Below are positions 9,564-19,413 of a stretch of 64,000 nucleotides of DNA, one piece after another (positions within the stretch are counted from its first letter, which is position 1; every line of letters begins with the position of its first letter). The notes under the pieces were generated by a model, which had not been told where the DNA came from, made no database searches, and saw only the letters and a list, made by a program, of their open reading frames with translations. This DNA comes from Patescibacteria group bacterium (GTDB lineage Bacteria > Patescibacteriota > Minisyncoccia > Phycocordibacterales > Phycocordibacteraceae). The translations under genes were made by a program, and so were the position numbers. The stretch is from contig JAUPKX010000011.1 of NCBI GenBank assembly GCA_030837225.1, positions 118-64,117 on the forward strand. The letters are read 5' to 3'.

Positions 9564-10100
9564 ATGGCGCTCGCGCTCTCATCCCGGCTTGAAGCCATTC
9601 TCTTTGCCTCTGGCGAACCGCTCTCAAAGAAGCGTCTCGCAGCATTTCTGGACACAAATGAAGGTGGCGTTGAGGATGCACTCAATGCACTAAGGATTAC
9701 CCTTGAGGATCGCGGACTCATGCTTGTTGAAGCAGGAGAGATGGTTGAGATGCGTACGCATTCTGAGGCAGCTGACACTATTCAGAAACTACGCGAGAGC
9801 GAGCTATCCAAAGACCTTGGGAAGGCGAGCCTCGAGACGCTCGCTATCATTCTCTACAAGGGAGGTGCAACTCGTGGCGAGATCGACTGGGTGCGTGGGG
9901 TTAATTCAGGAGCAGCCATTCGCGCTCTTCTTCTCCGCGGCCTTATCGAGCGCACGGAAGACAAAGACGACAAGCGTCGTGCGTTCTACAAACCAACGGT
10001 TGATGCACTCGCGCACCTTGGCGCCGGCAAGCTTGAGGACCTGCCTCGCTACGCTGAACTACACGCAGCACTCGCCGCGAACGAAGCAACTGACGTATGA
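9564..10100 (+). CDS. scpB: segregation and condensation protein B
   Basis: LEAILFASGEPLS N-terminal signature, two winged-helix repeats. Confidence 0.8.
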   Translation: MALALSSRLEAILFASGEPLSKKRLAAFLDTNEGGVEDALNALRITLEDRGLMLVEAGEMVEMRTHSEAADTIQKLRESELSKDLGKASLETLAIILYKGGATRGEIDWVRGVNSGAAIRALLLRGLIERTEDKDDKRRAFYKPTVDALAHLGAGKLEDLPRYAELHAALAANEATDV

Positions 10101-11074
10101 CCACACCTGCTCCAGACCTAAAGACCCTCATACGGAGGCTTGAGAAGCGCCACCAGAAGAAGCAGGCTGCTACGGCGCTTATCGCTGGTACCGCTGTGCT
10201 TGGACTTACCGTGCTTGTTGCACCTCTGTTCGGCCAGGAGGAAGTTGCACCACTTGCGGTTGAGCCTGCGCCAGTTGTTATGCCGGCGTCTGACGCTTTT
10301 GAGGAAGTGCGTCTCGAAGGTAAGGCCGCTATTGTCTACGACCTTGTTACCGGCGAGACACTCTACGAGAAGAACAGCCGTTCCCAGCTTCCGCTCGCAT
10401 CCCTTACAAAGCTCCTTACGGTATACGCAGCAGCGGAAAGCATTGGTACCAATGCCACCATAACAATGAGCGACACCGCACTCCTTTCTGAAGGAGAGAG
10501 TGGGTTCTCCGCAGGTGAGTCCTTCGCATTTGGCGATCTCGCGCGTCTTGCCCTCGTTTCGTCTTCAAACGATGCAACGGCAGCTATCGCAGAGACTGCT
10601 GCTATCGCAAAAGCGACAACCGGAAAGAACATGCTTGCGAGTGCCGCGTCGGCTCTTGGTCTTGCTCAAACCTATGCACTGAACGGCACCGGACTCGACG
10701 AGAGCACCTCGGTCTCTGGCGGCTATGGTTCAGCAAAAGACATCGCCACGCTTTCAGGCAAACTGCTTCAGATAGCACCAGAGATTGCGAATGCAACGGT
10801 TAACACATCTATTTCTATACGCTCGCGCGAGGGGGTGCTCCATACGCTCCTAAATACGAACCCAGGAATCGCACGTATCCCGAATGCGCTTCTTTCAAAG
10901 ACTGGCTTCACAGACTTGGCTGGAGGGAACCTCGCCGTTGTCTATGACGCAGGTATCGGGCACCCAATCGCTATTGTTGTTCTCGGCTCATCCCGAGACG
11001 GACGCTTCACGGATGTGAATACACTTCTGAACCGCACCAACGAATACTTCGCAGGCGTTAACAACCAGCGCTAA
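10097..11074 (+). CDS. dacA: D-alanyl-D-alanine carboxypeptidase (S11, PBP5/6-like)
   Basis: N-terminal TM/signal, SxxK (ASLTKL), SxN (SSSND), KTG-like motif. Confidence 0.7.
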   Translation: MTTPAPDLKTLIRRLEKRHQKKQAATALIAGTAVLGLTVLVAPLFGQEEVAPLAVEPAPVVMPASDAFEEVRLEGKAAIVYDLVTGETLYEKNSRSQLPLASLTKLLTVYAAAESIGTNATITMSDTALLSEGESGFSAGESFAFGDLARLALVSSSNDATAAIAETAAIAKATTGKNMLASAASALGLAQTYALNGTGLDESTSVSGGYGSAKDIATLSGKLLQIAPEIANATVNTSISIRSREGVLHTLLNTNPGIARIPNALLSKTGFTDLAGGNLAVVYDAGIGHPIAIVVLGSSRDGRFTDVNTLLNRTNEYFAGVNNQR

Positions 11075-11079
11075 TTTAT

Positions 11080-12141
11080 ATGATCATCGACGCAGCACGC
11101 GTACTCATCCCGTCAGTTATCTCCTTCACGGTTGGTATCGCGCTTGCGCCTGTGCTCACGCACTATCTCTTCAAGCACCGTGCATGGAAGAAGAAGAGCG
11201 GGAAGGGAAACAGCATGGGAGACACGAACGGTACGCCGCTCTTTGACGAGCTGCATAAGGAGCGCGAGGTATCAACGCCGCGGATGGGCGGCATCATCGT
11301 GTGGGCATCAACCCTCATCACGGCACTTGGTATCTGGATCTTCGCAATGCTCTTTGGCGAGCCATTCGCTTCGTTTGATTTCATTACACGCAGCCAGACC
11401 TGGCTTCCGTTGTTCGCGCTTGCCGTTGGTGCGGGTGTTGGACTTGTTGATGACATCTTTGAGATTACGCGCTCGAACGGGGGACTCCGGCTTCGGTGGC
11501 GTCTTTTGGTTGTTGCGCTCCTCGGACTCTTCGCCGGCTGGTGGTTCTACGAGAAGCTCGATGTGTCGAGTGTCGGGATCCCGCTTGTTGGTCCTGTTGA
11601 GCTCGGGGTCTTCTTCATCGGGTTCTTTATGCTCGTTACGCTCGCTCTCTATGCGGGTGGCGTGATCGACGGCATCGACGGCTTAGCGGGCGGTGTGTTC
11701 GCTATTATTTTCATGACATATGCGGGTATCGCGTACGCCCAGGGCCAAACCTCGCTCGCGGCGTTTGCGGCTTGTGTCTCGGGCGCACTGTTCGCATTTC
11801 TTTGGTTTAATATTCCGCCGGCCAGATTCTATTTGTCAGAGACTGGGACTATGGCGTTAACTGTGGCGCTCGCCATAACCGCGTTCTCAACCGACGTACT
11901 CGGAGAGGGTGTTGGTGTTGCGGTCCTTCCGATTATCGCGTTACCGCTAACCGTTACCGTCTTTACGAGCATGCTTCAGGTGTTCTCAAAGAAGGTTCTC
12001 AAGAAGAAGCTTTTCCAGATCGCACCGATTCATCATCACTTTGAAGCGATAGGGTGGCCCGCGTACAAGGTTACGATGCGATACTGGGTTATTACGATTA
12101 TTGCGGGAATTTTTGGATTGGCGCTTGCGTTACTAAAGTAG
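11080..12141 (+). CDS. mraY: phospho-N-acetylmuramoyl-pentapeptide transferase
   Basis: Multi-TM glycosyltransferase family 4 with MraY-like conserved loops; position in dcw block. Confidence 0.85.
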   Translation: MIIDAARVLIPSVISFTVGIALAPVLTHYLFKHRAWKKKSGKGNSMGDTNGTPLFDELHKEREVSTPRMGGIIVWASTLITALGIWIFAMLFGEPFASFDFITRSQTWLPLFALAVGAGVGLVDDIFEITRSNGGLRLRWRLLVVALLGLFAGWWFYEKLDVSSVGIPLVGPVELGVFFIGFFMLVTLALYAGGVIDGIDGLAGGVFAIIFMTYAGIAYAQGQTSLAAFAACVSGALFAFLWFNIPPARFYLSETGTMALTVALAITAFSTDVLGEGVGVAVLPIIALPLTVTVFTSMLQVFSKKVLKKKLFQIAPIHHHFEAIGWPAYKVTMRYWVITIIAGIFGLALALLK

Positions 12142-12188
12142 GTTGATTGCTGTTCTGTCAGCAATCTTGTGTCGTGTATAGTTTAACC

Positions 12189-12842
12189 ATGAACCGGGTT
12201 GATGTAATTAAGAACGCAGAGAAATTCGTACAGAAAGCACTCGCTAATGAAGGCACGGGGCATGATTGGTGGCACATTGAGCGCGTGCGCAATAATGCAA
12301 AGTTAATCTGCAAGACTGAAAAGGCAGATTTATTCATCGTAGACCTGGCGCTCTTGCTCCACGACGTGGGAGACCGAAAGGTTATCGATACAGACGAGGA
12401 TGATTATTCGATAGCAAGAAGTTTTCTTAAGAAGCAAAAAGTTCCGGAAGAGATGATAGGGGAGATCATGTTCATAATCGAGAACATGTCATTTAGTAAG
12501 TCCCTGAATACTAAGAAAGATTCTGCGCCGATAGAGTTTTTCGTCGTCCAAGATGCCGATAGACTTGATGCAATGGGGGCGATTGGTATCGCACGCGTGT
12601 TTGCGTATGGAGGAAAGGTATCCAGGCCACTTTATGATCCAAGGACTAAGGTACAGGAGTTTACCTCTACGAAAAGCTACAGAAAGGCTAAGAGTTCTTC
12701 TCTGAACCACTTCGAGGAGAAGCTCTTTCTGTTGAAGAAACTCATGAACACCAGGACGGCTAAACAGATTGCTCGAGAAAGACACCGATATATGAAGGCT
12801 TTTGTTAAGCAGTTCTTGCTCGAGTGGAAAGGCAAGGGGTAG
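12189..12842 (+). CDS. HD-domain phosphohydrolase
   Basis: H..HD motif (LLLHDVGD); start at internal Met MNRVDVIKNAEKF. Confidence 0.65.
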   Translation: MNRVDVIKNAEKFVQKALANEGTGHDWWHIERVRNNAKLICKTEKADLFIVDLALLLHDVGDRKVIDTDEDDYSIARSFLKKQKVPEEMIGEIMFIIENMSFSKSLNTKKDSAPIEFFVVQDADRLDAMGAIGIARVFAYGGKVSRPLYDPRTKVQEFTSTKSYRKAKSSSLNHFEEKLFLLKKLMNTRTAKQIARERHRYMKAFVKQFLLEWKGKG

Positions 12843-12878
12843 GTTCCAGCATCGTCCCAGACTGCTAGCATACTTGTA

Positions 12879-12906
12879 TTGACAATGTGTATACATTGTA
12901 TACAAT
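12879..12906 (+). promoter_or_regulatory. Consensus sigma70-like promoter TTGACA-N16-TACAAT with two TGTATACA palindromic operator repeats between -35 and -10
   Basis: Read directly: TTGACA 12879-12884, TGTATACA-T-TGTATACA 12887-12903, TACAAT 12901-12906 overlapping first ATG. Confidence 0.6.
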
Positions 12907-13177
12907 GAAACTAATGACAACCAAGACAGCCATCCTGAACGTACGGACCGATGCGAAGACGAAGAAAGCTGCCCAGAAGGCCGCGAAGGAACTTGGTGTG
13001 CCGCTCTCGACCGTTATAAACGCGTCACTCAGGGCATTTGTACAGAATCCTCGCATCGAGCTTGAACCACTCACGCCGAATGCGAAAACCGCCCGCGCGC
13101 TCCGGGCTGCCATGAACGAGAAGGGTGAGCGGAAGACCTACACATCGATGGAAGATTTCCTCGCTGATCTGAAATAG
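12905..13177 (+). CDS. dinJ: type II antitoxin, DinJ/RelB family
   Basis: RHH-like N-terminus and DinJ-like C-terminal segment; precedes RelE/YafQ-type toxin; real start may be ATG 12914 on a leaderless transcript. Confidence 0.65.
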   Translation: MKLMTTKTAILNVRTDAKTKKAAQKAAKELGVPLSTVINASLRAFVQNPRIELEPLTPNAKTARALRAAMNEKGERKTYTSMEDFLADLK

Positions 13178-13181
13178 CGCT

Positions 13182-13445
13182 ATGCAGCTATTCCGTTCTA
13201 AGCGGTTTGAAAAACAGTTTGCGAAGCTCTCGAGCAAGGCGAAGGAAAAGGCTACGGAACGACTTCTTATATTTGTTGTGAATCCTTTTGATTCGATTCT
13301 TCAGAATCATTCTCTTACTGGCGTATTCTTGGGGTGCCGCAGCATTAGCATAACTGGGGATATAAGAGCAATCTATTTGGAAGTTGATAGGGACACCGCT
13401 CATTTCCTCCTTATCGGTACCCATCACGAACTCTATGGGAAATAG
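13182..13445 (+). CDS. yafQ: type II toxin, RelE/ParE superfamily (YafQ-like)
   Basis: C-terminal RAIYLEVDRDTAHFLLIGTHHELYGK conserved RelE/YafQ signature; 4-nt gap from antitoxin. Confidence 0.7.
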   Translation: MQLFRSKRFEKQFAKLSSKAKEKATERLLIFVVNPFDSILQNHSLTGVFLGCRSISITGDIRAIYLEVDRDTAHFLLIGTHHELYGK

Positions 13446-13466
13446 ATAGGATAGAATAAGGAACAC

Positions 13467-14576
13467 ATGCGCCTTTCCGGAGACCGAGCGTTCGCCTTCA
13501 TCGTCGCCATCCTCGTTGTTGGCGGCGCTGCTATTTTCCTTTCAGCTGCGCTCGGCCTTCTTGCGCGCGAAGGAGCCTCTATTGGAAGACTCGCGCTTAC
13601 GCAGCTAGCACTCGGGCTCATTCCAGGACTCGTTGCGCTTGCTGTTATCCGCTTCATGCCGCAGAAGCTTCTGATGCGAGCCGTCATCCCGTTCTATGTC
13701 TTTGCACTTATCCTCACCTCGCTCGTATTTATCCCAGGTCTTGGTGTGCACGCAGGCGGGGCAACACGCTGGATTGATGTAGGTCCTTTTACGATACAGC
13801 CAGCAGAGTTCCTGAAGCCTGCCGTTATCTTGATGCTCGCTCTGTTCCTAGCGCGTGCAAAGGAAAAGATCAAAGACTTTAGAAGCGGTCTCATACCGTT
13901 CGGCATTATCATTGGCCTGCCGGTTATCTTGCTCGCCCTCCAGCCAAACAACAGTACGATTCTTGTTATTGGGGCAACCGCGATGGCCCTCTACTTTATA
14001 GCGGGCGCTCGCTGGCGAGATATTGGTCTCATTATTCTTTCTGGTGTGGCCTTTATTGCGGTAGCGCTTTTCTTTAGGCCCTACGCACTTGAGCGTGTGA
14101 AGACATTCATGAATCCGGAGCAGGACGGACTGGGGAGCGGGTACCAGATACAACAATCTCTTATTGCCATAGGCTCAGGGGGCATGCTCGGGCGCGGCTT
14201 TGGCCAGAGCGCCCAGAAATATAACTATCTCCCGGAGCCCGTAGGAGATTCTGTATTCGCGGTCTACGGGGAAGAGTTCGGATTCATTGGTACGGTGCTT
14301 CTCGTTATCTTGTTCACCGCCTTTGCTACACGCGGTTTCGCTATTGCGGCCCAATCTGCAAATGCATTCGGTACGTATGCTGCCACCGGTCTCACGCTTC
14401 TCATAACGATTTCTGCATTTATGAACATCGGGGCGATGCTCGGTATCGTGCCGTTGACTGGCCTTCCGCTGCCGTTTGTGTCGCACGGCGGCACGGCACT
14501 CCTTGCGGCCCTGGCGTCGGTTGGCGTTATCCTGAACGTCGCTGGGAACAGGGGCAAGCGGAAGACCCTTGAGTAG
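13467..14576 (+). CDS. ftsW: SEDS-family cell division protein FtsW
   Basis: About 10 TM SEDS protein adjacent to murG. Confidence 0.8.
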   Translation: MRLSGDRAFAFIVAILVVGGAAIFLSAALGLLAREGASIGRLALTQLALGLIPGLVALAVIRFMPQKLLMRAVIPFYVFALILTSLVFIPGLGVHAGGATRWIDVGPFTIQPAEFLKPAVILMLALFLARAKEKIKDFRSGLIPFGIIIGLPVILLALQPNNSTILVIGATAMALYFIAGARWRDIGLIILSGVAFIAVALFFRPYALERVKTFMNPEQDGLGSGYQIQQSLIAIGSGGMLGRGFGQSAQKYNYLPEPVGDSVFAVYGEEFGFIGTVLLVILFTAFATRGFAIAAQSANAFGTYAATGLTLLITISAFMNIGAMLGIVPLTGLPLPFVSHGGTALLAALASVGVILNVAGNRGKRKTLE

Positions 14577-14614
14577 GGAGGTGCGTTTTCGTGCTATAAA
14601 AAGGCTACTAGAAT

Positions 14615-15766
14615 ATGAAGATCGTATTTACCGGAGGGGGAACTGGCGGGCATTTCTATCCCCTTATTGCTATTGCCGAGTCCCTGCACGACTTGGTAGC
14701 TGAACAAAAGTTGCTCCCGCCGCAACTCTACTATTTAGCGGATAAGCCATACGACGAGGAGGCACTCTTTGCTAATGACATCGTCTTCTTGAAGGCTCCT
14801 GCCGGGAAGGTCCGTCGTTACTTCTCACTTTCAAACGTAACCGATGTCTTTGTAACGGCATGGGGCTTGGTTACCTCATTCTTCATACTCCTCAAGCTCT
14901 ATCCGGACGTCATCATCTCAAAGGGTGGCTATGCGAGCGTGCCTACCGTCCTCGCTGCCTCACTTCTTCGCATTCCTATTATTGTGCACGAGTCAGACGC
15001 AAAGCCAGGACGAGCGAATCTCCTTGGTGCAAAGCATGCGGTTCGCATTGCCGTTGCGTTCGAGAGTGCTATAGAGGGCTTCCCCGCAAAGCTCCGGAAC
15101 AGGGTAGCGAAGGTTGGTATACCGGTCCGCAAGGAACTTCTTAATCTCCCCGCCAAAGCTGATGCGGTTGCTGCACTCGGTCTTGATCCAACCGTTCCAA
15201 CGGTATTCATTGTAGGAGGATCTTCTGGTTCTCTTCGGATTAACGAGACAGCACTCGATGCACTTCCTAACCTTGTGTCGTTTGCAAACGTTATCCATCA
15301 AACAGGCAAGGACCACTTCGCTGCAGTCTCTGCCACCGGATACGTAATTATCGAGAAGGGAGGACACGAGAATAGGTACCATCCATATCCGTACCTAAAT
15401 GTTGAAAGCATGCGCAACGCTGCCGCAGCAGCAGACGTCATCATTACGCGCGCAGGCACGGGTTCCATTACCGAGATCTCTCTCTGGGGCGTACCTTCTA
15501 TCTTGATTCCTATCCCTGAAGCCATTAGTCACGACCAGCGCACCAACGCGTATGCGTATGCGCACACCGGAGCGGCAGTGGTACTAGAAGAAGCGAACCT
15601 TTCGCCGCATGTCCTCGCGTCCGAGGCACAGCGCATAAGTACTGATTTAGCGGTTGCGAGCCGCATGCGTGAGGCTGCCAAGGGATTCGGCAATCCATTG
15701 GCTGGACGCCTCATTGCCGAGGAGGCGCTTCGTATCGGCCTTTCGCACGAAAGGAAGACCGATTAA
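14615..15766 (+). CDS. murG: UDP-GlcNAc:undecaprenyl-PP-MurNAc-pentapeptide GlcNAc transferase
   Basis: N-terminal FTGGGTGGHFYP glycosyltransferase-28 signature. Confidence 0.9.
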   Translation: MKIVFTGGGTGGHFYPLIAIAESLHDLVAEQKLLPPQLYYLADKPYDEEALFANDIVFLKAPAGKVRRYFSLSNVTDVFVTAWGLVTSFFILLKLYPDVIISKGGYASVPTVLAASLLRIPIIVHESDAKPGRANLLGAKHAVRIAVAFESAIEGFPAKLRNRVAKVGIPVRKELLNLPAKADAVAALGLDPTVPTVFIVGGSSGSLRINETALDALPNLVSFANVIHQTGKDHFAAVSATGYVIIEKGGHENRYHPYPYLNVESMRNAAAAADVIITRAGTGSITEISLWGVPSILIPIPEAISHDQRTNAYAYAHTGAAVVLEEANLSPHVLASEAQRISTDLAVASRMREAAKGFGNPLAGRLIAEEALRIGLSHERKTD

Positions 15767-15775
15767 TCTCTTTAT

Positions 15776-17209
15776 ATGACTGTCCGTACTCGATTTGCCC
15801 CAAGTCCAACAGGCTTCCTGCATGTAGGAAGCGCCCGCACGGCACTCTACGCCTGGCTATATGCCCGCAAGCACGACGGGAAGTTCATTGTGCGCATCGA
15901 GGACACGGACAAGGGTCGGGAAGTTGAGGGCGCCATTGGGCACATGATGGAGTCTTTGAAGTGGCTCGGTATCCAGTGGGACGAGAGTATTGATGTTGGC
16001 GGGCCCTATGAGCCATACATTCAGTCCTCACGATTGGATTCCTATCGTTCGTACGCACTCAGACTTATCGATGCAGGATTCGCATACCCAGATCCCTATA
16101 CCGAGGAAGAAGTGGAGGCGTTCCGAAAGACTGCTGAAGAAGAGAAGCGTCCATTTCTTTTCCGTGACCATCGTCCAGAGACAACTGGTGCGTGGGACGG
16201 CTCGCAGCCGCTTCGCTTCAAGGTTCCAACCATTAAGCGCTTCGAATGGGAGGACGCCGTTATGGGAACCCTCTCTGCCGGCGAGGAAGCACTCGACGAT
16301 TTCATACTCATCAAGGGCGACGGGTATCCAACCTACAACTTTGCGCATGTCATAGACGACATCGAGATGAAGATCACGCACGTCATGCGTGGACAGGAGT
16401 TTGTCTCCTCTACACCGAAGTTCCTTTCTCTCTATGAGGCACTGAACGAAGTACCGCCAGTATTCGTAACACTGCCACCAATTCTCGGGGACGGAGGGAA
16501 CAAGAAGCTTTCTAAGCGTGACGGCGCAAAAGACATTCTCGACTATCGTCGCGAGGGATACCTTCCGGAGACGCTCGTTAACTTCCTCGCGCTTCTTGGG
16601 TGGAGTCCAGGCGGGGATCAGGAATTCTTTACGCCCTTTGGTCTTATCGAAGCATTTGATATCTCCCGCATTCAACGCTCCGGCGCACAGTTCGACGAGG
16701 ATAAGCTGAAACATCTGAACCGCGAGCACATGCGGCTCCTTTCAGATCAGGAGTACATCTCACGTGGACAGCTCCATGCAACAGACGATGTGCGCCTATT
16801 CAAAGCCGTCCCACTCTTGAAGGAGCGATCCTATACGTTTGCCGAAGCGAGGGAGATGCTTGAAGGCGAGCTTTCGTGCCTTTTTAGAAGCCCAGAGTTG
16901 TCCGCAGACCAGCTAAAGGCCAAAGAGCCAGCGGAGCGCGCAGACCTTACAAAAGAGGCTCTGGAGGGCGTTTTGGGCCTTTTAGAGGGACTTCCAGCGC
17001 AGCTTCCGGCTGAGGCAGTTAAGATGGCGCTTATGCCGTATGCAGACAGCCAGGAAGCTCTTCTAAAGGGCGGGAGGGGAGCAGTTTTGTGGCCTACACG
17101 CTATGCACTTTCAGGATCGGAGCGTTCTCCGGATCCGTTCACCCTTATCTCCATTTTGGGCATAGAAGAGGCATCTTCCCGTATTCGAGCCGCACTTGCT
17201 ATACTCTAG
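15776..17209 (+). CDS. gltX: glutamyl-tRNA synthetase
   Basis: RFAPSPTGFLHVGSARTALYAW (HIGH region) and KLSKR motif. Confidence 0.9.
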   Translation: MTVRTRFAPSPTGFLHVGSARTALYAWLYARKHDGKFIVRIEDTDKGREVEGAIGHMMESLKWLGIQWDESIDVGGPYEPYIQSSRLDSYRSYALRLIDAGFAYPDPYTEEEVEAFRKTAEEEKRPFLFRDHRPETTGAWDGSQPLRFKVPTIKRFEWEDAVMGTLSAGEEALDDFILIKGDGYPTYNFAHVIDDIEMKITHVMRGQEFVSSTPKFLSLYEALNEVPPVFVTLPPILGDGGNKKLSKRDGAKDILDYRREGYLPETLVNFLALLGWSPGGDQEFFTPFGLIEAFDISRIQRSGAQFDEDKLKHLNREHMRLLSDQEYISRGQLHATDDVRLFKAVPLLKERSYTFAEAREMLEGELSCLFRSPELSADQLKAKEPAERADLTKEALEGVLGLLEGLPAQLPAEAVKMALMPYADSQEALLKGGRGAVLWPTRYALSGSERSPDPFTLISILGIEEASSRIRAALAIL

Positions 17210-17212
17210 GGG

Positions 17213-18559
17213 ATGCAGACATTGCGCTCCTTAGTACTCGCTTCTTCTTTCCTCATTGCGTTCTCGCTTGTTGGTGCACTCGTACCAGCCGGAGTACGTG
17301 CGCAGACCGAAGAACAAATCAAAAGTCAGATAGACGAGCACGCGCAGCGTATTAAGGATCTCGAGAAAGAGATTGCAGAAGCGGAGCGGCAGCGCACAAT
17401 CCTAAACGGACAGTCACAGACACTCCAGACCGCGATAAAGTCTATTGATATCACCAGGAGGCAGACAACCTCACAAATTGATCTAACGAAGAACAAGATT
17501 TCTTCAACAAACCTAAAGCTCGAGGAACTTTCCTACAATATAGAAGACACGGAGCAGTTGATTGCGCTCGACAAGCGCACCATAGAGCAATCGATTAGGA
17601 ACATGGCTGAGGCTGGCGATGTCTCCTTAGTTGAGCAGGTGTTTGCGGCTGGCAACTTAACCGAAGCATGGACCGCTGTTGACGACGCAACCTCACTCAA
17701 CTCGGCGCTTCGTACAAATGTGGCGAACCTCTCAAAGGCAAAGGACGAGCTCTCAACCCAAAAGCAAGATGTTGATGCGAAGAAGAACGAACTTACCTCG
17801 CTCGCGTCTGACCTCACAACGCAAAAGCGTTCCCTGGATGTTGCCAAGAGCGAGAAAGATCGCCTTCTGTCACAAACCAAGAACCAGGAGAGCATCTATC
17901 AAGATCTCATAACTAGGAAGCAGGCGGAGCGAAAGCTTTTCGAACAAGCCCTCTCGAGTCTTGAGAACAGTCTCGCGTCAGTGGGACAGGGAGCAGCACC
18001 TGCGTCGCAAACTGGTGTGCTTGCCTGGCCGTACTCCTCAACCTTTGCAAGCAGTTGTGCCGGAAAGTCCGGCGCCTTGGGCAACATACACTGCATCACG
18101 CAGTACTTCGGGAATACCGCGTTCGCAACCGCAAACTCTCAGATATATAACGGCTCAGGACACAATGCCATTGATATTGGCATGCCTGTTGGTACTCCTG
18201 TTAGTTCGGCACTCTCCGGTACAGTGTTTGGTACGGGCAACACCGACTCAGTACCTGGCTGCTATTCGTTTGGGAAGTGGGTTGTTGTGAAGCATGCAAA
18301 TGGACTTGCAACACTGTACTCACATCTTTCAACGATTAATGTCTCGAAAGGGGAGGCTGTCTCTACCGGACAGACGCTCGGACTCTCAGGTATGACGGGC
18401 TATGCAACAGGACCTCACCTCCACTTTGGTGTGTACGCGTCTGCAGGTATCCAGATTATGACGCTTGGGCAGTACCGGGGAGCAACCACACCATGTGCAA
18501 ACGCTACTATGCCGGTTGCGCCGAAGGATGCGTATTTGAATCCGATGTCGTATTTGTAG
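17213..18559 (+). CDS. M23 family metallopeptidase with N-terminal coiled coil (EnvC-like)
   Basis: Signal/TM, long coiled-coil region, C-terminal M23 motifs (HLHFGVY). Confidence 0.75.
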   Translation: MQTLRSLVLASSFLIAFSLVGALVPAGVRAQTEEQIKSQIDEHAQRIKDLEKEIAEAERQRTILNGQSQTLQTAIKSIDITRRQTTSQIDLTKNKISSTNLKLEELSYNIEDTEQLIALDKRTIEQSIRNMAEAGDVSLVEQVFAAGNLTEAWTAVDDATSLNSALRTNVANLSKAKDELSTQKQDVDAKKNELTSLASDLTTQKRSLDVAKSEKDRLLSQTKNQESIYQDLITRKQAERKLFEQALSSLENSLASVGQGAAPASQTGVLAWPYSSTFASSCAGKSGALGNIHCITQYFGNTAFATANSQIYNGSGHNAIDIGMPVGTPVSSALSGTVFGTGNTDSVPGCYSFGKWVVVKHANGLATLYSHLSTINVSKGEAVSTGQTLGLSGMTGYATGPHLHFGVYASAGIQIMTLGQYRGATTPCANATMPVAPKDAYLNPMSYL

Positions 18560-18640
18560 TTCGATCTCTAGTTTGCCAGCAATAAAAGAAACGCCGCACA
18601 TCACAAGGATGGCGGCGAAATGGAGGTGGTCGTCTTATGT

Positions 18641-18835
18641 TCAGGCATGGCGTGCTATCAGTCCAAGCTCATGAGCTGTAAGGCCGAGTTGCTCTGCGGT
18701 GAATCCAAGCTTCAAATCTTTCTCCAGCCTTACAATACGGACTGAGGTTTTATCTCCTGCGTGGAGACTCTGGAGAAGGTTCTGTGCGTTTTCCTTCGCT
18801 GCGGCCAGTACGCTTGGCGTAATTGATTTGGCCAT
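18641..18835 (-). CDS. hypothetical small protein (64 aa)
   Basis: ORF only; no recognisable motif. Confidence 0.35.
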   Translation of the reverse strand: MAKSITPSVLAAAKENAQNLLQSLHAGDKTSVRIVRLEKDLKLGFTAEQLGLTAHELGLIARHA

Positions 18836-18925
18836 AGTGTTTACCCCTTGTTGCTTCTAGACAAAAGCTAACATACGTTGCAGAAAGATTCCAACATCGT
18901 CCTAGACCACCTGCCATAAATACGA

Positions 18926-18957
18926 GACCGCCCGACCCAAAAGGGTCTGGCGGTCAT
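18926..18957 (-). terminator. Nested hairpin GACCGCC-CGACCC-AAAA-GGGTCTG-GCGGTC
   Basis: Long perfect stem-loop downstream of minus-strand ORF 18969..19244. Confidence 0.5.
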
Positions 18958-18968
18958 TTCGGTTTGGG

Positions 18969-19244
18969 TTATACGGTCGTTAGGTACCGGTACCCGATAT
19001 CGAGCTTCTCCCTCACGTATCCCTTCATCGAGGGATCTCCTTCGATCTCGTGTGCAACCGCCCGCATAAGGATTTCAATCCCGCCTGCGTTCGGCACGAC
19101 ACTTCTCATGGAGGGCATTGATAGAGCCATCTGCAAGGCATGAGCCATACCTGCAAGACGGTTCCGGACGCTGTCAGGATCGGTGTCCTTTTCCAGCTCC
19201 TTAATCCATTTATCCCGCAGGTCGAGTATGTCTCTGTGCGTCAC
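18969..19244 (-). CDS. hypothetical protein (91 aa)
   Basis: ORF with upstream TTGACA-N17-TATAAA on minus strand. Confidence 0.4.
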   Translation of the reverse strand: MTHRDILDLRDKWIKELEKDTDPDSVRNRLAGMAHALQMALSMPSMRSVVPNAGGIEILMRAVAHEIEGDPSMKGYVREKLDIGYRYLTTV

Positions 19245-19366
19245 GTTAAGTCTCCGTATTGTTCAAGTGTTAAGCAGGTTCCTGAATGTTTATAACATTT
19301 GATAGCGTATATGTCAATGTTACCGGCGTGTGAGTTCAACAAGTAAACGCACCACCCCATACTTCA

Positions 19367-19396
19367 TAAAGGCCGTCCCTGAAAAGGGACGGCCAG
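19367..19396 (-). terminator. Hairpin AAAGGCCGTCCC-TGAAAA-GGGACGGCC
   Basis: Perfect palindrome downstream of histidine phosphatase gene. Confidence 0.45.
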
Positions 19397-19413
19397 GTGG
19401 TTAAGTCAAGAAC

